Positions 9,656 to 19,090 of a stretch of 19,090 nt of DNA are shown here, piece after piece (the first letter of the stretch is position 1; each line of letters begins with the position of its first letter). Origin of the DNA: Ginkgo biloba (taxonomy: Eukaryota > Plantae > Ginkgophyta); assembly GCA_024626585.2 (NCBI GenBank), contig JANKJI020000002.1:271370649-271389738 (forward strand), given 5' to 3'. The translations under genes were made by a program, and so were the position numbers. The notes below the pieces were generated by a model, which made no database searches, was not told where the DNA came from, and worked only from the letters and a program-made list of their open reading frames with translations.

Positions 9656-10493
9656 AAAATCACATAGAGGTGCACGTCAAATTCATTCAAGAATCCAAGG
9701 ACATTCAAGAATTTTACATTTTTTGGATTTTTGAGTCGAAAGGTTGGATTGAGAGTGCAAGGACTCCTTTGTTTGCATCAAATGCATAGAAATAAAATCC
9801 TTCAAGCTTTTATAGCCCAAATATTTTCTTTAAGTCATTGTGCATGCTTTTGTGAAATATTTTTTATCCTTCTCAATTGTATGGAGATATTTTTTGCAAG
9901 TGGTAGGTACGTGTGTACTTGAGNNNNNNNNNNNNNNNNNNNNNNNNNNNAGATTCCAAAATAAAATACGATACCACATGAGAAAGAAACAATCATTTCT
10001 CACATGTTTGAAAGAGTTATGATATGAAATTTTAGCCAAAGATAGATCTCTCTGAGATCTACTTGCTTGCAAAAATTGGGCGTCTAAGTAATATTTTGTG
10101 AGTTATTGAGAAAGCACATATTTAAATAAACCAAGTTTTTCTCACAATTCGTAGAGTTAGAGGCCACAATTTGTAATCATAGGTAGAGCTTTGAAAGTCA
10201 CATCTACAGAGAAATTTTAGATCCTAAGTTGTTACCATTTTAGAGAANNNNNNNNNNNNNNNNNNNNNNNNNNNNNNNNNNNNNNNNNNNNNNNNNNNNN
10301 NNNNNNNNNNNNNNNNNNNNNNNNNNCAAAGTTCTAGTCAAAATTATTGTTCTTTTGAAAAATCACTTTTGGAAGACGAAGTGATATGCGTTTCAAGTCA
10401 AGCTTTTGTGGTGGAGAAAGGTGGGTCACTATCGACTCTAGAATTAGTTCTCCCTTCCACATAATCTAGGGAGGTCAAAACTAAACTACATCA
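9656..10493 (+). mobile_element. LTR-like repeat copy A (5' LTR; 5' boundary uncertain)
   Basis: Collinear with 11012-11864. Shared exact blocks: AAAATCACATAGAGGTGCA (9656/11012), AAAGGTTGGATTGAGAGTGCAAG (9739/11093), ACTTGCTTGCAAAAATTGGG (10061/11400). Ends ...ACATCA just before a PBS. Confidence 0.85.
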
Positions 10494-10495
10494 TT

Positions 10496-10506
10496 TGGTA
10501 TCAGAG
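10496..10506 (+). promoter_or_regulatory. Primer binding site complementary to tRNA-iMet
   Basis: TGGTATCAGAG, 2 nt after the LTR terminus CATCA. This is the canonical plant LTR-retrotransposon Met-i PBS. Confidence 0.92.
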
Positions 10507-11011
10507 TAGTTTGGTCCTTGGTATTGGATAATTAAGAACTTCACCAATTTTAGTTCCACATTANNNNNNNNNNNNNNNNNNNNNNNNNNNNNNNNNNNNN
10601 NNNNNNNNNNNNNNNNNNNNNNNNNNNNNNNNNNNNNNNNNNNNNNNNNNNNNNNNNNNNNNNAACAAAAGCTTAGCACCTAGAGGGGAGGTCACATGAG
10701 CCTACTCTTAAGAGGGGTTAAGGGGCATCATGAGCTAATCCATGTGTGTGAATAATTATTTAATTATTAAACTGTAATTGTGAGATAATGTACACGCTTA
10801 TTCTTCTATGTTACGATCTTCAAATAAAGCACATGCACACACAAGGTTCTTAAATTGTAAAGTAAGATAATATGGAGGAGGTGACTACCCTATTTATATT
10901 TAGTAATTTGGCTCTATACTACTACTTTTAGTAGTAGCTTTTCATTCATGGCTTATCTAGCAAGTTTCTCTTAGATTCGCTTTTTCTATCCATAGTTTTC
11001 TAGCTCTATAT

Positions 11012-11864
11012 AAAATCACATAGAGGTGCATGAAAATTTATTCAAGAATTCAAGGAAATTCAAGCCTTTTAGGTTCTTACATCTTTGATTGTAAAGGTTG
11101 GATTGAGAGTGCAAGAGCTCTCCATTATTTGCATCACATGCATAGCAATGAAATCTTTCAAAGGCTCTATAACTCAAATAATTGCCTAAAGTCATTGTGC
11201 ATGGTTTTGTGGGATAATTTGTTATTCTTGTCAATTGAATAAAAATATTCTTTGCATGTTTTTGGTATATGTGTACCTGAGCTAAACAAAGATCCTAGAA
11301 TAGAAAACAGAACCATGGGAAAATGAAACAATCGTCTCCCATAAATCTAAAACAATTACAATTTGAAATTTTAGCCAGAGATAGATCATGTCAATGTCAA
11401 CTTGCTTGCAAAAATTGGGTGTCTAATTCCTTCTATATTTGCAAATTATTTGAGGAAAGACATATTTAAATAAATTGACTTTTTCTTACAATCTAGAGAG
11501 AGTTAGGGGCCAAAATTTTAACCATAGTTAGATCTCTAAAAGACACATCTACTTTTGAAATTTCATATAGCAACTCATTCCCAATCCGGAGAAATTGTAG
11601 GAGAAACTTTTCTTGTATGTTCAAGAAAAACAAGCATTACTCTTGACTCCTAAATAACTGGGAGCCCTTCCACTCAACATTTGACAACGAATTCAAAGAT
11701 TGACTCAAAACTATCTTCCTTTTGAGAAAGCAATTTTGGGAGACGGAGTCATATGCATTTCAAGCGAGGTCAAAATTTTGTGGTGGAGGAAAGGTGGCCC
11801 CTTGTCTACTCCAAATTAGTCCTCTCTTCCACATAATTTAGGAGGTCACACCTAAATCACATCA
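11012..11864 (+). mobile_element. LTR-like repeat copy B (3' LTR or solo LTR; 5' boundary uncertain)
   Basis: Homologous to copy A up to the same ...ACATCA terminus. Followed by gypsy pol coding sequence instead of a PBS. Confidence 0.85.
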
Positions 11865-12063
11865 CTCAAGAACTTGAATGAGTTGAGAAACTTCATGGGG
11901 TTGGCTAACTACTATAGGAAGTTTGTAGTAGGCTATCCAAAGATAGCCTCACGCCTAGATGCATTGAGAAAGGGAAATGTTGCTTTCATTTGGACATTGA
12001 AACAACATAGAGCTTTTGAGAAGCTCATGCAGAGGATCAACAAGGCTCCTATTTTGGCATAGC
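11865..12063 (+). pseudogene. Ty3/gypsy pol fragment: RT thumb / RT-RNase H connection
   Basis: LKNLNELRNFMGLANYYRKFVVGYPKIASRLDALRKGNVAFIWTLKQHRAFEKLMQRINKAPILA, matching P....ELRSFLGLANYYR.F...W......AF..LK......P.LA. Confidence 0.93.
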
Positions 12064-12665
12064 NNNNNNNNNNNNNNNNNNNNNNNNNNNNNNNNNNNNN
12101 NNNNNNNNNNNNNNNNNNNNNNNNNNNNNNNNNNNNNNNNNNNNNNNNNNNNNNNNNNNNNNNAAAAAAAAAAAAAAAATTGTCCAATGTGATTAAATTA
12201 AATCACAACTTTAAAAAATAAAATAATTTTCAAAATTTTTAAATTTACCGAATCGGCTTGTGCGTGACGCGGCTACAGATTTTTGGCGATTGCGACCTGA
12301 GTGACGAAATCGGATGCAGCTCGGCGGATTTGGCGGCATCGATGGGTGATTGTGGTAAGATCTGTGAGCAACGATGGCTGCTCTGCTTATCACCAGAGAA
12401 AACACATTTGATAAAAGCCGTCGTTAAGTGTTGAAGGTCTAAGAAGAAGTGAAGAGGCTGGAATCGATTGTACAGGGTCGCGACTCTCCACAAGACCCAG
12501 ATGAGGAGTAAGGGAGTCATGAAGCAATTCCAAGTGATGTTAAAGAAATCTAGAGAGGGCAGCAAGAAGTCCTATCTCGTTTCAGCCACCATCAATAACA
12601 ATAAACCCCCCCAAAAAAATTCCACTCTCTTGTAACACTGAATCGATGACATTAGGACCCAATTT

Positions 12666-12788
12666 TCCACAAGAGCACTTAACTGCAACATCAGAAGCAA
12701 TGCCAACACTCCTAAATACAAGAGTAGAGTAGTAGACAACTGCATTTATATTAATAGGTTTCTGAAATAGGAAGACGAAAGCCAAGAG
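12666..12788 (-). pseudogene. Fragment resembling a plastidic glucose transporter (pGlcT-like, sugar-porter MFS)
   Basis: FVFLFQKPININAVVYYSTLVFRSVGIASDVAV, then after a 1-nt shift SALV(G). Compare plant pGlcT as I recall it: LFLFQQLAGINAVVYYSTSVFRSAGIASDVAASALVG. Confidence 0.8.
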
Positions 12789-12848
12789 CTGCAAGAGTGA
12801 ATACTTCTTAAATCCACATTGAGTTGTATGCAAAGAGTGACTAATGAT

Positions 12849-13019
12849 ACTTCTCTTTTTATACCATTGAAGTGAAGAATCATTTAAGAATGTACAGAAT
12901 AATTCAACCCATCGTTCCTTTCTTAATATACTAGAAAAAATGCATGCATGCTTAAATTCTTGAATAAAAGTAGTGAGATTGTCACCTTCATGTGTAGAAA
13001 ATATTGGAATCTTTCCCAT
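12849..13019 (-). pseudogene. Ty3/gypsy gag N-terminal fragment
   Basis: MGKIPIFSTHEGDNLTTFIQEFKHACIFSSILRKERWVELFCTFLNDSSLQWY resembles the retrotransposon gag pattern IP.F.G...D....F...F...C...........L...L...A..WY. Confidence 0.6.
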
Positions 13020-14974
13020 GTTTATCGTAATAAGAAGAATCCACTACAACCAATTATCCCCAATAAAAGTATAAAAAATGTCAATCACAAGGGATTTAAG
13101 GACTCAAGACTTTATCTATGACCTTATTATTATGATATATAAACTAGTTATAGAAGATTTCTTTCTCTCACTTACTAACAACAACCAAAATAGAAAGATT
13201 ATAGTATAACAAGAACCTAAAGTAGATATATAAGTACTTAAAATTCAACCACCATCAATTCAAAGCATCAATACTATCAGATTAAAATATTCTCTATAAT
13301 TTATTATATAATATATGAATGTCACTTGAAGAATAGAACTATAAATAATGTATTAAGATGAATAATAAAGAATTACATAAACATGTCTCGCTAAATAAGA
13401 TTATAAAATATTCATAATCATGGCCTATTATTGGAAAAATCTCCTTAGATCCTCTCTATAACTCTTCCTTGTGGCCTTCACTTTCTACTAAAAGAATTTT
13501 TATATCAAGATTCTCCTATTCACACTCTAATTGTAATAAACCTCTCTCTCTCNNNNNNNNNNNNNNNNNNNNNNNNNNNNNNNNNNNNNNNNNNNNNNNN
13601 NNNNNNNNNNNNNNNNNNNNNNNNNNNNNNNNNNNNNNNNNNNNNNNNNNNNATTGTTGAATAGAACATCTCCCTTCAAGTGCAAGCCCCTCACATTTGT
13701 TTTGATGTATCTTCTATACTAGTATTTCTTAGATTTGGAGTCTTTTGGGGCACTCCCTAATGTATTATTTACTTTTACCAATTAGTCTCATTGACGTTGA
13801 CACTAATATTTTCATTTGATATCATCTTTTTAAGACCTAGTATTATGTAGCTATTAAAACAACAATGTAATATTGTTTTGTGCATAGTTACAGTATATGG
13901 GAAAAGAGATTTATGCCAACCCCATAGTTTGACAATACAAAAAGTACAGGAGCATACAAAATCTTGAAAAAATGTCAATTTGAAATACAGTCAAGAAAGT
14001 TAAGAAACACCATACATTTCAAATGGCCACGATTGATTGCTCTGCAAAAAAGACAATGGCATATGTTAAAAGGTCACTATTTTCTTTGGTCTTCCTTCTC
14101 CCAATTGCTAGTTGCAACTTGAGCACTTTAGTTTCCCCTTAATCATTTCTTTTATTGTTTTTTTGTTAAACTTTGTTAATGTGTTGTTTTCATTTCCACC
14201 TTCCCTTTTTGCCTTTCAGGCAACCACCATACCAATAACCTTGCAAAGGACTGTACTTGATGGATGCATGAGAAGCAATTCACAACAAAGAAAGGAGTCA
14301 TGCACTTAATAAAATCATCTAAAAAAACAAAAATCTCTGAAGATTTTAACCTTAGTTGCCAGAAACAAGAAACGAGTATGGAACAAGAAATGCCAAGATT
14401 TGGAATTTTTGGAAAAAGACAACGTAAATATAAAAATACTATAAAAATTTAACTTCAAAACAGAAATATTAAATTATTATAAAGAGATTTGCAATCATTA
14501 TAAATATCTATGGATTGTAACCATGCACTCATGAGTCAAAAAAGACATTGAAGTAGGCATTTAGACAAGAGCTCAACAATTACTTGTCCTTATTCACATT
14601 CAAAATAGCGTGTATGTATTATTGGTAATGTATTTTATGGAACTTTGATACTATTTTTGTGGATGCTTTCATATGCATGTTTAGAATCAGGGTATTTTTG
14701 CGAACCTAACCTATAACACCTAGTTACAAAACATCAGTTTCTTTATAGGTTTTTATCTCTCACCATATGAGTGAGCACTAAGAGATGGATTCAGGTGTAT
14801 ATTGATCACTCCAAGATCCAAAAATCAAATCCCACAAATGAAGCTTGCTCATTAGTCATTGGATGATGCTTGAAAAACTTTTCCTAAAAATCAAGAAGAC
14901 CTCCAAACCTATCCAAATACTTGGGGGAAAAAATTGAAAGACATTTTTTCTTAGAACTTGAGTTTATAGGGTTG

Positions 14975-15033
14975 CAAGGTCCCAAAATATTTTGGAATGT
15001 TTTAGGGATGTTTTGGGATGTTTTGGGACCTTG
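14975..15033. repeat. Inverted repeat enclosing a 10-11 bp tandem repeat
   Basis: CAAGGTCCCAAAATA (14975-14989) pairs with TGTTTTGGGACCTTG (15019-15033) at 14/15. About 4 ATGTTTTGGG-like units overlap it. Confidence 0.8.
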
Positions 15034-18000
15034 AAATGGCTCTAAAACCTGCCCAAAATGCCTCCGGAATATTTTGGACATTATGGGGACAGAAACAAAA
15101 AAAGTCGTAAAAGAATGCTTTTTGCCACATTCCCGTTCAATGTTTAACATTTTAACCTTGNNNNNNNNNNNNNNNNNNNNNNNNNNNNNNNNNNNNNNNN
15201 NNNNNNNNNNNNNNNNNNNNNNNNNNNNNNNNNNNNNNNNNNNNNNNNNNNNNNNNNNNNAATACATTGGGTATTATATCAATATTAAATGCACTAAATG
15301 TATTCAAGATTTGACAGGTGGTAATTATTTACCATAAGTAAGGATTATTTTAAGCTAATAAATATGGGAAGGAGTCATTAACTTTATATAGAGCATAAAA
15401 CTAATGTTATTAACTATAAATAAACCTCGATTGTTTCAACAATGTGATATTTATCATGTTAATGTATTTTGTGAATTCAACAAATTTTAATTTTCATGGG
15501 AAAGGGAGATATAAAATTAGGATGTTAGCATTGATGTTTTCTTATTTAAGATGGATGCAAATATAAAAGCATAAGATGTTTCTTATTTGAGAAGGGAATC
15601 TTTTGGGAATATGCTCTCCCTTCTCTGACCAACCTTCCAAGGTTCACTAACGAATGAGGAAATGCATCCCATCAATGACATGGTATTTCTTGATTGGTCG
15701 ACAAGTTGTCAAAACGGCTACCAAAGAAAACAAATAGCCATGTCCTACTTACGAGGTTGTCTAATTGAGACAAAATGGAGCAAAGGCATGGCTAACAACT
15801 CTCCTTCATGCTTATTTAAGATGTAATTTGCAAAGATGCCTGTATTGCCAAATAGTGTGTTTCTAGGGACACATGGTAGTTGAATGACTATGATGAAATG
15901 ATTGAAGTAGGGAAGGAGCCTAGGTATCTATTTGTACACCTCAGGATCATCAACACCTATTTGGACAAATCAAGCTAGCATGATCAAGTTTCGAGAAAAG
16001 AATAATTTAGTGCATACAACTTTAAGGCACCATATTAAGTACATCTTGAGGCATGCGCTGTCCAAAATTTGAATTGGTCTACTCCTATTCTTGTCTATAT
16101 GGCTAAGAAGGAACACTTCAACACGTTTATTATGTATCTAGTGCTGAAGAGATTATAGGTGCGAAGTAGATTTTTGGTGATAAAATGCAGAGTTATAAAA
16201 AAGAGAGTAACTCGATTGTCCAAAGTAGAGTGACTAAGAGTGCAGTCCCATGGCACAAGAAACAAGAAAAAAAAATGGAGATTTCTTGGGCAATGGATCA
16301 CATTGACATTTTTTTTTTTATTATTGCTTAGATTTCCAAAAAATCTAGAGCAACCACAAAAATCGGATTATTTTTCAGCATCCTGCAAAACAAAAGTGTT
16401 GAATTTTTCTCTTACAATTTAGGAGATTTGTGTTGACATCTGTGCAATATTTTTCAATTGTGCGTTCTCTTCTCTTCTATTTTTTATCGTCTATTTTNNN
16501 NNNNNNNNNNNNNNNNNNNNNNNNNNNNNNNNNNNNNNNNNNNNNNNNNNNNNNNNNNNNNNNNNNNNNNNNNNNNNNNNNNNNNNNNNNNNNNNNNNNN
16601 NNNNNNNNNNNNNNNNNNNNNNNNNNNNNNNNNNNNNNNNNNNNNNNNNNNNNNNNNNNNNNNNNNNNNNNNNNNNNNNNNNNNNNNNNNNNNNNNNNNN
16701 NNNNNNNNNNNNNNNNNNNNNNNNNNNNNNNNNNNNNNNNNNNNNNNNNNNNNNNNNNNNNNNNNNNNNNNNNNNNNNNNNNNNNNNNNNNNNNNNNNNN
16801 NNNNNNNNNNNNNNNNNNNNNNNNNNNNNNNNNNNNNNNNNNNNNNNNNNNNNNNNNNNNNNNNNNNNNNNNNNNNNNNNNNNNNNNNNNNNNNNNNNNN
16901 NNNNNNNNNNNNNNNNNNNNNNNNNNNNNNNNNNNNNNNNNNNNNNNNNNNNNNNNNNNNNNNNNNNNNNNNNNNNNNNNNNNNNNNNNNNNNNNNNNNN
17001 NNNNNNNNNNNNNNNNNNNNNNNNNNNNNNNNNNNNNNNNNNNNNNNNNNNNNNNNNNNNNNNNNNNNNNNNNNNNNNNNNNNNNNNNNNNNNNNNNNNN
17101 NNNNNNNNNNNNNNNNNNNNNNNNNNNNNNNNNNNNNNNNNNNNNNNNNNNNNNNNNNNNNNNNNNNNNNNNNNNNNNNNNNNNNNNNNNNNNNNNNNNN
17201 NNNNNNNNNNNNNNNNNNNNNNNNNNNNNNNNNNNNNNNNNNTACATGGCCTTATTTTGGGTTGTTTTAAGCCTAGTTATGTATTTACACAACATTGATA
17301 ATTGAATATAATATAAATTCTTAAGGAGAATAATCTAGATTCTTTGATAGAGATCCCCCCTTTTACATATATAGGAAAAGATTATTATATTATGAATGAG
17401 CCTCATGATCTCAAGAATATTAGAAAATCATGGAGTGACACCTGATATTTAAGGTAATATTATTGAGGTCATGGTTCACTTTTAAATTAGATACTGATGT
17501 TTATGCTTCTTTGTTATCTAATAGTATCATAAGAGAAAGTCATGAATCTATGTAGAAATGTTGTGAAATATAAATAGTCTAATTAATCCTCATGCATGTT
17601 CTTAAGTCCATGGTCTAAAAGGGTCATGTTTCAAGATAATCCAATGGCTTTCTAATATAATGTTAATTTAAGACCTAAATATAAAAATACAATATTCTCA
17701 CTTGCATAATAATGGGCTTGAGATGAGCATATTACTTAAGCCAAGGTTAGGGATCCAAATGCACAACTGCCTACTTATGTTTTGTGGGGAATCCAAATGC
17801 CCCAACTCAAACTTTTTGTAACAGAGTTGCACCCCAAGGCCAAGAAGTCGTTCACCAGGCTCTCCATGGCTTAGCTAGTGGTCTAGCATCAATTCTTTAA
17901 TCCTGAGCTTAAAAGATGCAGAAGGTGAACGCTAATGTGGAGGCTGCTCCAACAACAAGGATTATGGAGCCAAGGAAGAAAATCTTGGCATTGTGGTCTC

Positions 18001-18441
18001 TTCTCAACAATCTCACTGATGAAGCCTCACAGCGTTGTGTTGCCTTGAGAAACAAAGTGGATGATATTGATGACATGGTGTAGATAATTATGAACAAAGT
18101 CAGTGAAGTGGGGGATCTTCATGCTGAAGGAGAGCACTAAATTAATGATGTGTCATTGTTGTAAAAGGGAATTGAAAATTGGCAGTTGGAATAGAATGAG
18201 CTAAGCCAATTCCACGACCCTCTTTGCATGTTAAGCCCTCACTTTGAAGCATCTTTTCGATTTTATGGGAGAAGAAGGTGGAGATTGCCCATACGCTGGC
18301 ATGGCCTGAAAAATGACAAAAGGAAATTACTACCCTCCTGGCCAAGATAGTTGATCATGAGGGCTCTTTTGCAGTTCCAGATGTAGTGGCAATTATTGCC
18401 TTCATCNNNNNNNNNNNNNNNNNNNNNNATGATCACGGGTT

Positions 18442-18444
<3 letters not shown>

Positions 18445-18478
<34 letters not shown>
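18445..18478. repeat. (AG)17 microsatellite
   Basis: Direct read. Confidence 0.97.
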
Positions 18479-18479
<1 letters not shown>

Positions 18480-19090
18480 AAGCGGGAGAGAGGTGACGGG
18501 GTTGACTCTCATTGTTGAATTTTTTATCATAGTTTTACCCCAAAAAATGGAGAACACTTGGAAAACTGTACACTTTGTGAGTGAGCGTACACACCCGTTA
18601 ATAGTGGCCCTCAACAAGTATTAGTCGACACTATTGAGTTGTCAACCTTAAGACAAGCTATTCAGTTGGCAACCTCAAGGTTAAGGGTCGACCCAGATGC
18701 CCCAATAAGGACTTGGGTGTTGAAGAGTTGGATTAAGATGAAACAAAGGAGATCATAAATGCTTTCGTGTTCATTTTCAAGCCAACTCCGAAGATCATTT
18801 CCCAATTCAAATGCATGTTGGGCTTTGCCACTGCTTCTGCTCAGTTTGTTTGGGCAACATCTGACACATGCCATTCTCTTCCAAGCCCAAGTGTAACATT
18901 TGTAGATGATCTAGTATAGGAAGACCATATAATCACTAGGAGACACTAGTAGGTTGACCAAATCATCAACTGTGATCACTAAGATAGAGGAGCATGTTGA
19001 CAGGGCAAGGTTGATCCACTTGCTACAAGCTCTAATTGGTTGTTCTAGATGCTCCATCTTTTTTTTGCTATTCTTTTCTTCTTTTTCCTC

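Noticed and set aside
13653-13680. Minus-strand PPT-like GAAGGGAGA followed by TGTT (possible LTR start)
   Set aside because: Only ~15 bp before a gap and no upstream pol remnant recognised; cannot be supported.
16430-17305. Long ORFs of 270-291 aa
   Set aside because: Almost entirely N-gap artefacts.
17753-17801. Short direct repeat ATCCAAATGC
   Set aside because: Only two short copies with no associated structure.

Overview
AT-rich, gap-ridden eukaryotic (land-plant-like) intergenic DNA with no intact protein-coding gene. It is a stack of decayed, nested transposable elements. From left to right: (1) the 3' end of a chromodomain-bearing Ty3/gypsy element (integrase C-terminus, chromodomain, PPT, start of 3' LTR); (2) a degenerate LINE ORF2 in three collinear pieces (APE endonuclease, linker/RT-N, RT core), cleanly split by a ~1.7 kb solo-LTR-like insertion with a 5-bp TSD and two internal minisatellites; (3) a Ty1/copia gag fragment; (4) a gypsy protease-RT remnant interrupted by ~4 kb of other material, including a pair of diverged LTR-like repeats with a tRNA-iMet PBS; (5) a minus-strand ORF joining a gypsy gag-like N-terminus to a fragment resembling the plastidic glucose transporter pGlcT; (6) further unidentified coding-like relics and microsatellites. 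Seven gaps are exactly 100 N (size probably unknown), so adjacency across them is uncertain. All protein calls come from manual translation and remembered family motifs, not database searches. I found no convincing new biological system; the gag/pGlcT chimera is the best lead.
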